This document shows positions 17,719 through 29,223 of a DNA stretch of 32,000 bases, piece by piece (position 1 is the stretch's first letter; each line of letters opens with the position of its first letter). The stretch spans positions 90,001 through 122,000 of the forward strand of contig NZ_JHUX01000007.1 of NCBI RefSeq assembly GCF_000619845.1, given 5' to 3'. A program made the translations under genes and the position numbers. This DNA is from Alkanindiges illinoisensis DSM 15370 (lineage in GTDB: Bacteria > Pseudomonadota > Gammaproteobacteria > Pseudomonadales > Moraxellaceae). The notes beneath the pieces were generated by a model that saw only the letters and a list, made by a program, of their open reading frames with translations, was not told where the DNA came from and did not search any database.

Positions 17719-18555
17719 ATGCATAAGCGCCGGATTTTTTTAGCCTTATCTTTTACAGCATGGATTGCTTCATCATCATTTGCAAACCCACAGACTTTAC
17801 TGAATTCTTCTGCTGACCAGACTGCACTGGACAGCTATGTCACCCAGATGTGGACCACCCAGCAACAGCTGGTTGATTCCCTGAGTGCCAGCGGCCTGAT
17901 TGAGGCTGATGAGCAGCATGATCACTATCATGACCACGGCACTGGCATGGGCGGTGAGTACAATGGCGAGATGAGTGTACTGGCAACTGCTGAGGATGAT
18001 GGCATCCAGCAGCAGATTGATGAGATTTCCCGTCAGGCGCAGGCCCGTCAGGACAATCTGGGTCAGTTGTCACAGGCATTAACCGTGACCCGTTCTTATC
18101 GGTCCTCAGGTTTTGTGACACCAGACAGCACGTTAAACGTCAATGCCAATGCCTTGCTGGCGATTGAGCCGATTGCCAATGCACGGGTATCCTCCAAGTT
18201 TGGCTACCGCAGCATGTCGGGCCGGGGTGAATACCATCCGGGCATTGATCTGGCTGCACCGACTGGCACCCCGATTTATGCCACAGGCGATGGCATTGTC
18301 ATCCGCGCAGGCTGGGTAAACGGCTATGGCAATCTGGTTGAAATTGACCACGGTAATGGTTTGATTACCCGTTACGGTCATGCCTCACGCCTGTTTGTCT
18401 CTGTAGGTGAGCAGGTAAAAGCCAACCAGAATATTGCTGCTGTAGGCTGCACCGGACGCTGTACTGGCCCGCATGTGCATTATGAAGTGTTAAAAGATGG
18501 CAAGCGTGAAAATCCGGCCACTTATCTGGCACTGGCACCCAAGCGCGAATCCTGA
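17719..18555 (+). CDS. M23 family metallopeptidase (secreted)
   Basis: HPGIDLAAPTGTPIYA...GYGNLVEIDHGNG..TRYGH...TGPHVHYEV. The ATG at 17719 gives the signal peptide MHKRRIFLALSFTAWIASSSFA. Confidence 0.9.
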   Translation: MHKRRIFLALSFTAWIASSSFANPQTLLNSSADQTALDSYVTQMWTTQQQLVDSLSASGLIEADEQHDHYHDHGTGMGGEYNGEMSVLATAEDDGIQQQIDEISRQAQARQDNLGQLSQALTVTRSYRSSGFVTPDSTLNVNANALLAIEPIANARVSSKFGYRSMSGRGEYHPGIDLAAPTGTPIYATGDGIVIRAGWVNGYGNLVEIDHGNGLITRYGHASRLFVSVGEQVKANQNIAAVGCTGRCTGPHVHYEVLKDGKRENPATYLALAPKRES

Positions 18556-18603
18556 TGCTGTTTTTGATAGTGTGATTTCTGCGTTACCCTCATGATGAAA
18601 ATG

Positions 18604-18627
18604 CCCGGTTTTTACCGGGTTTTTTTT
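18604..18627 (+). terminator. Rho-independent terminator after the M23 peptidase gene
   Basis: CCCGGT-TTTT-ACCGGG followed by T8. Confidence 0.7.
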
Positions 18628-18813
18628 GCCTGAAATTTAAGTCTGGTTTGTTGTTTTAGAACTTTTTGGCTCTCCACGTTTTGCCTGATTGTGTTTGATA
18701 CGACATACATTATTTTTCAATTCTTTAGTCGATTGCCTATTGAATCCCGCTATGCTAAGTCCGTAAGGTAAGTGGCACCAACATTAGAAAATTGATAATA
18801 AAAGGAGAGCAGC

Positions 18814-21699
18814 ATGGCGTTTTATCAGGACCCGGATGCGCTAGAAACCCAGGAATGGCAGGATGCATTTGATTCGGTCATTTCGCATGTGGGCCTTGAA
18901 CGTGCTGCTTTTCTGCTCAAAGCGTTATACCAGCAAGCCATTGCACGTCATGTGCCTATCCAGCGCCTGAATACACCGTATTTAAATACCATTGCGGTTG
19001 ATGAAGAAGCAGGCCTGCCCGGTGATGCACACATGGAGCGCCGTATTCGCGCCCTGATTCGCTGGAATGCACTGGCCATGGTGCTGCGTGCCAATTTAAG
19101 TGATGATCTGGGCGGCCATCTGGCGACCTTTGCCTCCAGCGCGACCTTGTATGATGTGGGCTTTAACCATTTTTTCCGCGCACCGAGTGATCGTTTTGGC
19201 GGCGACATGATTTATTACCAGGGCCATTCGGCACCGGGGATTTATGCCCGTTCTTTTCTGGAAGGCCGGATTAATGAAGAGCAACTGAGCAATTTCCGGC
19301 GTGAAGTGGGCGGCAAAGGGCTGTCCAGCTATCCGCACCCATACCTGATGCCGGATTACTGGCAATTTCCTACTGTATCGATGGGTCTTGGGCCGATCAT
19401 GTCGATTTATCAGGCACATATTCAGAAATACCTCACCAACCGCAAGCTGATTAAGGATGAAAACCGCAAGGTCTGGGCCTTTCTGGGCGATGGTGAAATG
19501 GATGAGCCGGAAAGTCTGGGTGCCATTGCACTGGCAGGCCGCGAAAAGCTGGACAACCTGATCTGGGTGATTAACTGTAACCTGCAACGGCTGGATGGCC
19601 CGGTGCGTGGCAATGGCAAGATCATTCAGGAGCTGGAATCGATTTTCCGGGGTGCAGGCTGGCGTGTGATCAAGGTGGTGTGGGGCCGTCGCTGGGATTC
19701 GCTGCTGGCACGCGATAAATCCGGCGCCTTAAGACAACGCATGGAAGAAGCAGTTGATGGCGAATACCAGTTGTATCAAGCCAAGGGTGGTGCGTTTGCC
19801 CGTGAGCATTTCTTTGGCAAGTATCCGGAAACCGCAGAACTGGTTGCGGATATGAGCGATGAGGACATTGATGCGCTGAATCGCGGTGGCCATGATCCGT
19901 TTAAGGTATATGCTGCCTATGCCGAAGCTGTGAAGGGCAAGGGCCAGCCCACTGTAATTCTGGCCAAGACAGTCAAGGGCTATGGCTTGTCGGCAGAAGC
20001 CCAAAGTATTAATAAAACCCACCAGATTAAAAAATTGCAAGCTGAGGCGCTAAAATATTTCCGTGACCGCTTTAACTTGCCCTTAACTGATGCGCAATTG
20101 CCGGACTTGCCATTTTACCGTCCGGATGAGGATTCTGCTGAAATCAAGTATATGCGTGCACGCCGTGAAGCCCTGGGTGGCTACTTGCCCATGCGCTGTC
20201 AAAAGGCGGAGCCACTTGCCATCCCTGATCTGGACAGCTTCCAGCAAATTATTGAAGGCAGTGGTGACAAGGAATATTCCACCACCATGGTGATGGTGCG
20301 GATTTTATCAGCCTTGCTGAAAAACAAGGCGCTCAGTGACCGGGTAGTACCGATTGTTCCGGATGAAGCGCGTACTTTTGGTTTAGAGGGCATGTTTCGC
20401 CAGTTGGGGATTTATTCGGCCAGCGGCCAGCTGTATACCTCGGAAGACAGCGAGCAGCTGATGAGCTACCGCGAGGCTGAAAACGGCCACATGCTGCAAG
20501 AAGGCATTAATGAAGCCGGGGCGCTCAGTGCGTGGATTGCCCTGGGCACCAGTTATTCTACCAATGCATTGCCCATGATTCCGTTTTACATGTTTTATTC
20601 CATGTTTGGTTTCCAGCGGGTAGGTGACCTGATCTGGGCAGCGGGGGATTGTCAGGCACAGGGTTTTTTACTGGGCGCAACCGCAGGCCGCACCACCTTG
20701 AATGGTGAAGGCTTGCAGCATCAGGACGGACACTCATTGGTGCTGGCCAATACGGTGCCCAACTGTATGAGCTATGATCCGTGCTTTGGCTATGAACTGG
20801 CAGTGATTGTGCAGGATGGCCTGCGCCGCATGTATGGGCCAGTCGATTCTGGCGGCGGGGAACGTATTTTTTATTACCTCACGGTGATGAATGAAAACTA
20901 TGTGCAGCCTGCCATGCCGGAAGGCGTTTCCGAGGGCATTCGCCGTGGCATGTATTTGTTACAGGAGGATGAGCAGGCCACCGTGCAGTTGCTGGGTTCC
21001 GGGGTCATCCTGCGTGAAGTGCAAAAAGCCGCGCAAATTTTAAAGGATGAGTACGCCATTCATGCCAATGTGTGGAGTGTCACCAGCTTTAATGAACTGG
21101 CGCGTGATGGCATGAAGTGCGAGCTGCAAAACCGCCTGCATCCAATTTGTGAAGAATCAGACATTCAGGTGCCGTGGGTGGCACAGCAGCTGGCGAATCA
21201 TCAGGGCATTGTGGTGGCTGCCACTGATTATGTGCGGGCTTACAGTGAGCAAATTCGTGCTTATCTGCCGGATAGCCGCCCTTATGTGACGCTGGGCACC
21301 GATGGTTTTGGCCGCTCGGATACCCGGGAAAACCTGCGTGCCTATTTTGGGGTGGATGCCGCGCATATTGTGGTGGCAACCTTAAAACTACTGGCGGACG
21401 AAGGTGAAGTGGATCGTCGCATGGTGAAGGATGCGATTTCCAGTTTTGAGCTGGAAACGGATGTGCCGGCTCCATGGCTGCCTCAAGCAGCAGCACCGAT
21501 CAATGATGTTACCAGCGCCAAATCCAGCATCAATCAGGACAATGCCCATGCCTCAACCAATACCGAAAATGAAGCGCCCGGTTCAGCCAATCAAAATGTG
21601 CAACTATTAAGTCCACAACAATCAAGCCCACAACAACCAGACCCAGAAAAACCAAGCCAAACCTTGGGACAAACTGACAGCACACCAGAACAGGAGTAA
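18814..21699 (+). CDS. aceE: Pyruvate dehydrogenase E1 component (homodimeric type) with a low-complexity C-terminal extension
   Basis: AAAAGGAGAG SD. The ThDP motif GDGEMDEPES and full-length AceE-like sequence are present. The last 72 aa are Q/S/N/P-rich. Confidence 0.96.
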   Translation: MAFYQDPDALETQEWQDAFDSVISHVGLERAAFLLKALYQQAIARHVPIQRLNTPYLNTIAVDEEAGLPGDAHMERRIRALIRWNALAMVLRANLSDDLGGHLATFASSATLYDVGFNHFFRAPSDRFGGDMIYYQGHSAPGIYARSFLEGRINEEQLSNFRREVGGKGLSSYPHPYLMPDYWQFPTVSMGLGPIMSIYQAHIQKYLTNRKLIKDENRKVWAFLGDGEMDEPESLGAIALAGREKLDNLIWVINCNLQRLDGPVRGNGKIIQELESIFRGAGWRVIKVVWGRRWDSLLARDKSGALRQRMEEAVDGEYQLYQAKGGAFAREHFFGKYPETAELVADMSDEDIDALNRGGHDPFKVYAAYAEAVKGKGQPTVILAKTVKGYGLSAEAQSINKTHQIKKLQAEALKYFRDRFNLPLTDAQLPDLPFYRPDEDSAEIKYMRARREALGGYLPMRCQKAEPLAIPDLDSFQQIIEGSGDKEYSTTMVMVRILSALLKNKALSDRVVPIVPDEARTFGLEGMFRQLGIYSASGQLYTSEDSEQLMSYREAENGHMLQEGINEAGALSAWIALGTSYSTNALPMIPFYMFYSMFGFQRVGDLIWAAGDCQAQGFLLGATAGRTTLNGEGLQHQDGHSLVLANTVPNCMSYDPCFGYELAVIVQDGLRRMYGPVDSGGGERIFYYLTVMNENYVQPAMPEGVSEGIRRGMYLLQEDEQATVQLLGSGVILREVQKAAQILKDEYAIHANVWSVTSFNELARDGMKCELQNRLHPICEESDIQVPWVAQQLANHQGIVVAATDYVRAYSEQIRAYLPDSRPYVTLGTDGFGRSDTRENLRAYFGVDAAHIVVATLKLLADEGEVDRRMVKDAISSFELETDVPAPWLPQAAAPINDVTSAKSSINQDNAHASTNTENEAPGSANQNVQLLSPQQSSPQQPDPEKPSQTLGQTDSTPEQE

Positions 21700-21704
21700 G
21701 CAGT

Positions 21705-23393
21705 ATGGATATTAAAGCCCCTGATCTAGGTGTAGATAGCGCAGATGTATCAGAAATTCTGGTAAAAGTCGGCGACAGTATTGAAAAGGAACAAAGTCTG
21801 CTGGTGTTGGAGTCGGCGAAAGCCAGCGTGGAAGTGCCCAGTCCGGCCAGTGGGATAATTAAAGCCATTGCCATCCGACAGGGCCAAAGCGTGAAGCAGG
21901 GCGATATGCTGTTTGAGCTGGAAGGTGATACGGCTGAGCAGCCAACTCCCACTGAAAACAGCAATGTGGACGAATCAGATCAGGTCGCGCCAGAACAACA
22001 AATGGCTACTGAGCAGGATGAACCGGCCTCTGAATCAGGAATAAAAGACGTTAAAGTACCTGACCTGGGTGTGGATGAAGCGGATGTGTCAGAAATTCTG
22101 GTGAGTGTGGGTGACAGCATTGCAAAGGATCAAAGCCTGATTGTGCTGGAATCGGCCAAGGCCAGTGTTGAAGTGCCCAGTCCAGTGAGTGGGACGGTCA
22201 AGGAAATCAAGCTGAAAACTGGCCAAAAAGTTAAACAGGGCATGGTCATTTTAAGCCTTGAGCACAATGAGACAGATACAAAAAGTCTGGCAGGCAGCAA
22301 AAATACTGAACCAGATAAAATGGCACACGCTATAGCGCCTCGACCAAATAAGCATGCCCCATCTGCTCAGCAAGACCGGAACACTGGACAGGATAATGCC
22401 TCTAATCATTCCGTAAAAAATATACAGGGTCAGCAAAACCAGCAGAATAAAGCCTTAAGTGCTGAACAAATCAAGGCCAATGCTGAGGTATATGCAGGTC
22501 CGGCAGTACGACAACTGGCCCGGCAATTGGGTGTGGTACTAGCGCAAGTCCCACCATCGGGTGCCAACCAGCGCATTCTCAAGGAAGATGTGTTTGCCTT
22601 TGTTAAGCATACATTGAGTACAGAAAAAGCTGCTACTTCAGGCCAAAATGTTGTATTGGCTAGCAATGGTTTACCAGCCTTACCGGATTTTGAAAAGTTT
22701 GGCGGCAGCACCCTTCAGCCAATGTCACGCCTGCAACAGGTGTCTGTCCCACAACTTTCTCTGAATAACTATATTCCGCAAGTCACGCAGTTTGACCAAG
22801 CCGATATCACCGAACTGGAAAACTGGCGCAATACCCTTAAAGCCGATTATAAAAAACAGAATATCAGCCTGACTATTCTGGCGTTTATTGTAAAAGCTGT
22901 GGCGTATTTACTGAAAAAAGAACCTTATTTTAATAGCCATCTGGCCGATGACCAGAAATCCATTGTGCTGCGCAATGAAATTCATTTAGGCATTGCCGTT
23001 GCAACGCAAGATGGACTGACTGTGCCCGTGTTGCGTAATCCGGATACCTTGAGCATTCAGGACATTGCCATCCAGTTGGGCGAGCTGAGCCAGAAGGCCC
23101 GTGATAAAAAGCTCAAGCCACAGGAGTTGCAAGGTGCCAGCTTTACCATTACCAGTCTGGGCAGTATTGGCGGTACGGCATTTACGCCGCTGGTGAACTG
23201 GCCGCAGGTGGCTATTCTAGGGATTTCGCCAGCCAGCATGCAGCCTGTATGGAACGGTCAGGATTTTGAGCCGCGCCTAATGCTGCCGTTGTCGCTGTCG
23301 TATGATCACCGGGTCATTAATGGGGCAGACGCCGCCCGCTTTACCCACGCGTTGGCCGAAATATTGTCTGATATACGTCGTGTATTGCTGTAA
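21705..23393 (+). CDS. aceF: Dihydrolipoamide acetyltransferase (PDH E2), two lipoyl domains
   Basis: Two LESAKAS lipoyl-lysine motifs, the E3/E1-binding domain AGPAVRQLARQLGV, and the catalytic SYDHRVINGADAARF. Confidence 0.96.
   Translation: MDIKAPDLGVDSADVSEILVKVGDSIEKEQSLLVLESAKASVEVPSPASGIIKAIAIRQGQSVKQGDMLFELEGDTAEQPTPTENSNVDESDQVAPEQQMATEQDEPASESGIKDVKVPDLGVDEADVSEILVSVGDSIAKDQSLIVLESAKASVEVPSPVSGTVKEIKLKTGQKVKQGMVILSLEHNETDTKSLAGSKNTEPDKMAHAIAPRPNKHAPSAQQDRNTGQDNASNHSVKNIQGQQNQQNKALSAEQIKANAEVYAGPAVRQLARQLGVVLAQVPPSGANQRILKEDVFAFVKHTLSTEKAATSGQNVVLASNGLPALPDFEKFGGSTLQPMSRLQQVSVPQLSLNNYIPQVTQFDQADITELENWRNTLKADYKKQNISLTILAFIVKAVAYLLKKEPYFNSHLADDQKSIVLRNEIHLGIAVATQDGLTVPVLRNPDTLSIQDIAIQLGELSQKARDKKLKPQELQGASFTITSLGSIGGTAFTPLVNWPQVAILGISPASMQPVWNGQDFEPRLMLPLSLSYDHRVINGADAARFTHALAEILSDIRRVLL
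21708..22262 (+). repeat. Intragenic tandem duplication: two lipoyl-domain coding units (21708-21923 and 22047-22262, period 339 nt)
   Basis: Direct comparison of the two DNA/protein segments (PDLGVD.ADVSEILV.VGDSI.K.QSL.VLESAKASVEVPSP.SG). Confidence 0.9.
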
Positions 23394-23612
23394 GTACAGT
23401 TTGATAGAGCGCACTATTAGGCAGTATTAGGCTCTCATGCGTTAATTGGGGCGTTATTGGCTTTTCAACGGTTAAATCTGGACAGACTGGTATTTTTTCC
23501 TGCTTTAAATGCTCAAGCACTTAAAGCAGGGAAAATCCAGTGAGCTGGATAAAAACCAGTGAAATGTCATGGCAATGCTAAAACCCCGTCGCGTTTATCC
23601 CGGATTTTCGGT

Positions 23613-25114
<1,502 letters not shown>

Positions 25115-25150
25115 TTTTAGCCTGGCCTGAACCTGCTTCAGCTTGCCTTA

Positions 25151-25185
25151 AAAACCGTCAAAATTTTTGGCGGTTTTTTGTTTTA
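25151..25185 (+). terminator. Rho-independent terminator after guaB
   Basis: AAAACCGTCAAAA / TTTTGGCGGTTTT stem (one G-U pair) followed by a T-rich tract. Confidence 0.7.
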
Positions 25186-25284
25186 CTCAATTTAATTTTT
25201 ACAAAAACTTAAAATTTTTAAGTAAACTTTGTTTTAACCTACAAGGTTTGGTATTGCACTAAATAATCTTAGCGAGAAAAGAAC

Positions 25285-26622
25285 ATGAGCCACTTTGGCA
25301 CCGACGGCATTCGTGGAAAATTTGGCGAAGACCCAATTACTCCAGAATTTGCATTAAAACTGGGCTTTGCGGCAGGACGCGTGTTTGCCAGTCAGGCGAA
25401 AAAAGGCCAGGCCAAAGTGATGATGGGCAAGGATACCCGCTTGTCTGGCTATGTACTGGAAGCAGCATTGCAGGCTGGCCTAAACGCGGCTGGTGTGGAT
25501 GTACTGATGCTTGGCCCGCTGCCGACCCCAGCCATTGCACATTTAACCCGGGCGTTCCATGCGGATGCCGGTATTGTCATTTCAGCCTCGCACAATCCTT
25601 ATTTTGACAATGGCATCAAGTTTTTTTCTGCGGAAGGTAAAAAATTGCCTGATGAGCTACAAAATGCCATTAGCGCCGAACTGGAACAGCCTATTGAAAT
25701 TACTGCACCTGACCGTCTGGGCAAAAGCTACCGGATCAAGGATGCCAGTGGCCGTTATATTGAATTCTGCAAGTCCAGCTTTCCGTATCAGTTAAACCTG
25801 ACAGGCCTGAAGATTGTCATTGATTGTGCCAATGGTGCCGGTTACATGGTGGGGCCAGCCATTTTGCGTGAACTGGGAGCAACAGTCATTGCACTGCATA
25901 GCCAGCCCGATGGCCTGAATATTAATGCTGACTGTGGTTCTACTCATCCGGAAAGCCTGCAAAAAGCCGTGGTGGATTATCAGGCAGATGTGGGCATTGC
26001 ACTGGATGGTGATGCTGACCGTATTATCATGGTGGATCAGCACGGCAAGCTGGTGGACGGCGATGCCATTTTATACATTCTGGCCACGCAGGCCGGCTGT
26101 GCCGTTGATGGTGTGGTTGGTACCCTGATGAGCAATATGGGCTTAGAGCTGGCGCTAAAGGCGCACAATATTGCCTTTAAGCGGGCCAAGGTGGGTGACC
26201 GCTATGTGATGGCAGAGCTTGAAGAAAGCCACTGGCAAATTGGCGGTGAGCCTTCCGGCCATATTTTATGTCTGGATAAAAGCACCACCGGCGATGCACT
26301 GATTTGTGGCTTGCAGGTTCTGGCGCAAATGGTGGCACAGCAAAAAGCACTGCATGAGCTGACAGAAGGGCTAAGCATTTTACCGCAGGCGCTGGTGAAT
26401 GTACGACTGGCGCAAATGCTTGATCCGTATGCCGACCCGGCCTTAAGCCAGGCATTTGATGAAGCAGAACAGCAACTGGCCGGACGTGGCCGCCTGCTGA
26501 TTCGCAAATCAGGCACTGAGCCAGTGATCCGGGTCATGGTTGAAGGTGAAACGCAGGCGCAGGTCGACCAGTTGGCCAAACAACTGGCTGAGCTGATCCG
26601 TAGCCGTGCCATTGCTGCATAA
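25285..26622 (+). CDS. glmM: Phosphoglucosamine mutase
   Basis: FGTDGIRGK, the phosphoserine loop [15 protein letters not shown], and DGDADR. Confidence 0.96.
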   Translation: MSHFGTDGIRGKFGEDPITPEFALKLGFAAGRVFASQAKKGQAKVMMGKDTRLSGYVLEAALQAGLNAAGVDVLMLGPLPTPAIAHLTRAFHADAGIVISASHNPYFDNGIKFFSAEGKKLPDELQNAISAELEQPIEITAPDRLGKSYRIKDASGRYIEFCKSSFPYQLNLTGLKIVIDCANGAGYMVGPAILRELGATVIALHSQPDGLNINADCGSTHPESLQKAVVDYQADVGIALDGDADRIIMVDQHGKLVDGDAILYILATQAGCAVDGVVGTLMSNMGLELALKAHNIAFKRAKVGDRYVMAELEESHWQIGGEPSGHILCLDKSTTGDALICGLQVLAQMVAQQKALHELTEGLSILPQALVNVRLAQMLDPYADPALSQAFDEAEQQLAGRGRLLIRKSGTEPVIRVMVEGETQAQVDQLAKQLAELIRSRAIAA

Positions 26623-26684
26623 GCAATTTAAGAAATGTGCAGTGCTGGCAGTATGATTCCAAGGTCAAAGCAGGCGAGGGCAGT

Positions 26685-27344
26685 ATGAGTGTAAAGGATC
26701 TCAGCGAATTACGGCAAAATTATGGCAAAGGCAGTTTGCAGGTGCATGATGTGTCCGCCGATCCTTTAGACCAGTTCCTGAAGTGGCTGGATCATGCCTT
26801 GCAGGCACAGGTTACCGAGCCTTATGCCATGACGCTGGCTACCGCTGATGGCAATGGCCGTCCGCATGCCCGTACTGTGTTACTGCGTGGTGCAGACGCA
26901 AATGGTTTTTATTTTTATAGTAATTATGACAGCCAGAAAGGGCAGGATTTAGCGGCTAACCCGTATGCCGAGCTGCTGTTTTTCTGGCCTGCACTGGAAC
27001 AGCAGGTGCGCATTCATGGATCGGTTGAGCGTATTAGCGAGCAGGAATCCACCGCGTATTATCATAAGCGTCCACGGGATAGCCAGATTGCCGCGCATGT
27101 CAGTACCCCGCAAAGTGGCATCATTGAAAGTCGTGAATTGCTGGAACAGCGCTTTGCCGATTTAAACCACCAGCTTGAACACACCACCAATATTGAAAAA
27201 CCGGTATTCTGGGGTGGTTATTGCCTTAAGCCCAATTCTTATGAGTTTTGGCAAGGGCGTCCCAACCGCCTGCACGACCGTTTAAAATACATTCCTGATA
27301 GTTTGAGCGACACAGGCTGGCGTATTGAGCGTTTAATGCCTTAA
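26685..27344 (+). CDS. pdxH: Pyridoxamine 5'-phosphate oxidase
   Basis: RTVLLRG, FYSNYDSQKG, EFWQGRPNRLHDR and a C-terminal ERLMP. The ATG at 26685 (MSVKDLSELR) is preferred over the upstream start at 26637. Confidence 0.93.
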   Translation: MSVKDLSELRQNYGKGSLQVHDVSADPLDQFLKWLDHALQAQVTEPYAMTLATADGNGRPHARTVLLRGADANGFYFYSNYDSQKGQDLAANPYAELLFFWPALEQQVRIHGSVERISEQESTAYYHKRPRDSQIAAHVSTPQSGIIESRELLEQRFADLNHQLEHTTNIEKPVFWGGYCLKPNSYEFWQGRPNRLHDRLKYIPDSLSDTGWRIERLMP

Positions 27345-27429
27345 ATTCTGTTGCTATTATTTTCCGTCATGACGGATTACATGATAGCTTGCAGCCTATA
27401 TCGTCCTGTGGATCCATTTTGCATTCGCC

Positions 27430-29148
27430 ATGTCCTCATACCAGTTAATTGCCCGTCCTTGTCCGCCTGTTGCCGGGCAACTGGGTGAGCATATTTCTCC
27501 CTTGCTGGCCCGGCTGTATGCAGCGCGCGGTGTCGATTCGGCTGAACAACTGAGCCTTAAACTCAATCAATTGATACCCGCACAACAGCTGAAAGGACTG
27601 GACTGTGCAGTTAAGCTGCTGGATCAGGCCATTGATCAGCAAACCCGGATTTTGATCGTAGGTGATTTTGATGCTGATGGCGCAACCAGCACTGCGCTCA
27701 TGATGCTGGCACTGGGCCAGATGGGTGCTTGTGTTAGCTATCTGGTGCCAGACCGCTTTAAGTATGGTTATGGTTTGACTCCGAAAATTGTGGCACTGGC
27801 CATTGATGAATACCAGCCGCAACTGATTGTGACGGTGGATAATGGCATTTCCAGTCATAGCGGAGTAGAAGCCGCGCATGCAGCCGGAATTAAGGTGATT
27901 ATTACTGACCACCACCTGACCACCAAAACACCGCCAGAATGTGCAGCCGTCGTAAATCCCAACCAGCCGGAATGCAATTTTGGTAGCAAGGCACTGGCTG
28001 GTGTCGGAGTGGCCTTTTATGTGCTGGCTGCACTGGCAACCCAGCGCAAACAGCAGGGCAAAGCCAGTATTAATCTTACCCAGTATCTGGATATTGTGGC
28101 CATTGGTACGGTGGCTGACGTTGCACAACTGGATTTTAATAACCGCATTCTGGTGGCTGCCGGGGTTGAGCGTATCCGGCAGGGGGTATGTCGCCCCGGT
28201 GTGCTGGCCCTGCTGGAAGTTGCAGGCCGTGAAACCTATAAAATTAGCCCGCAGGATCTGGGTTTTGTGATTGGCCCGCGCATTAATGCCGCTGGACGTA
28301 TGGAAAATATGCGCATTGGGATTGATTGCCTGCTGGCTAATAGCTTTGATGAGGCATGGCCGCTGGCACAACGGCTGGATGAGCTGAATCGTGAGCGCCG
28401 TCGGGTCGAAGCGCAAATGAAACAGGAAGCATTGGACTTGCTGGCACATTCGGCCTATAGCAACCTGAGCGATATTCCACCCGCCATTGTGCTGTTTGAA
28501 CCCAACTGGCATCAGGGCGTGATTGGTATTGTGGCCGGACGCTTAAAAGAGCAGTTTCACCGGCCCACTATTGTGTTTGCGCCCAGTGAAGATGGGTTGT
28601 TTGTCAAAGGTTCGGCGCGTTCCATTGCTGGCATTCATATTCGGGATGCCATTGAGCGGGTAGCTGAACAGTATCCTGAGCTGGTGAGTCATTTTGGCGG
28701 GCATGCCATGGCAGCAGGATTAACCTTACCGCGCCAGCAATTTGAAGCTTTTACAGAGGTTTTCCAGCAAATTATTGCAGAACATGATCCAAGCCTGTTT
28801 GATGCGCGGCTATTGACGGATGGCGAACTGCAAGTCCATGAGTTTAGTCTGGATACTGCGCGTGACCTTGCGCATGCCGGGCCGTGGGGACAGGGTTTTC
28901 CTGCACCGCTATTTGAAGGGCTATTTAAGGTGCTGGAATATCGCTGGTTGCAAGACAAGCATTTGAAACTGTTGTTACAGCATCCTGATCATAAGCAGCG
29001 TATTGATGCCATTTATTTTAATGCCAAGCGACAACACTGGCCTGACACCATGCCCAAGCTTCGACTGGCTTATCAACTGGATATTAATGAATATCAGGGC
29101 AGGCAACGATTACAATTGCTGATACAACATGCTGAAATTGTGACTTAA
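27430..29148 (+). CDS. recJ: Single-stranded-DNA-specific exonuclease RecJ
   Basis: GDFDADGATS, ITDHH (DHH motif) and GGHAMAAG (DHHA1). Size is typical at 572 aa. Confidence 0.96.
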   Translation: MSSYQLIARPCPPVAGQLGEHISPLLARLYAARGVDSAEQLSLKLNQLIPAQQLKGLDCAVKLLDQAIDQQTRILIVGDFDADGATSTALMMLALGQMGACVSYLVPDRFKYGYGLTPKIVALAIDEYQPQLIVTVDNGISSHSGVEAAHAAGIKVIITDHHLTTKTPPECAAVVNPNQPECNFGSKALAGVGVAFYVLAALATQRKQQGKASINLTQYLDIVAIGTVADVAQLDFNNRILVAAGVERIRQGVCRPGVLALLEVAGRETYKISPQDLGFVIGPRINAAGRMENMRIGIDCLLANSFDEAWPLAQRLDELNRERRRVEAQMKQEALDLLAHSAYSNLSDIPPAIVLFEPNWHQGVIGIVAGRLKEQFHRPTIVFAPSEDGLFVKGSARSIAGIHIRDAIERVAEQYPELVSHFGGHAMAAGLTLPRQQFEAFTEVFQQIIAEHDPSLFDARLLTDGELQVHEFSLDTARDLAHAGPWGQGFPAPLFEGLFKVLEYRWLQDKHLKLLLQHPDHKQRIDAIYFNAKRQHWPDTMPKLRLAYQLDINEYQGRQRLQLLIQHAEIVT

Positions 29149-29172
29149 ACGGCATACCTTAAAAGAAGCCAT

Positions 29173-29209
29173 AAAAAAGCCGCTAGACATCATGAGTAGC
29201 GGCTTTTTT
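29173..29209. terminator. Bidirectional Rho-independent terminator between convergent recJ and the porin gene
   Basis: AAAAAAGCCGCTA / TAGCGGCTTTTTT stem, with an A-run 5' and a T-run 3'. Confidence 0.8.
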
Positions 29210-29223
29210 TAAAGGATTAATCC

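Noticed and set aside
21530-21964. 144-aa antisense ORF across the aceE/aceF junction
   Set aside because: It overlaps two confidently called genes and has no start context or recognisable motifs.
23494-23535. Strong hairpin considered as the aceF intrinsic terminator
   Set aside because: The T-run and A-run flanking the stem pair with each other, leaving no free 3' U-tract on either strand. It is kept as an unexplained structure in the findings, not called a terminator.
26202-26612. 136-aa antisense ORF inside glmM (similar cases at 7005-7461, 10863-11207 and 12366-12770)
   Set aside because: All are embedded antisense or out of frame in strongly supported housekeeping genes and have Arg/Ser/Cys-rich, non-protein-like sequences.
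27445-28512. 355-aa ORF antisense to recJ
   Set aside because: It lies fully inside the unmistakable recJ gene. The product is Q/H/C/N-rich with no recognisable motif. Long antisense open frames are expected where the sense gene avoids TTA, CTA and TCA codons.
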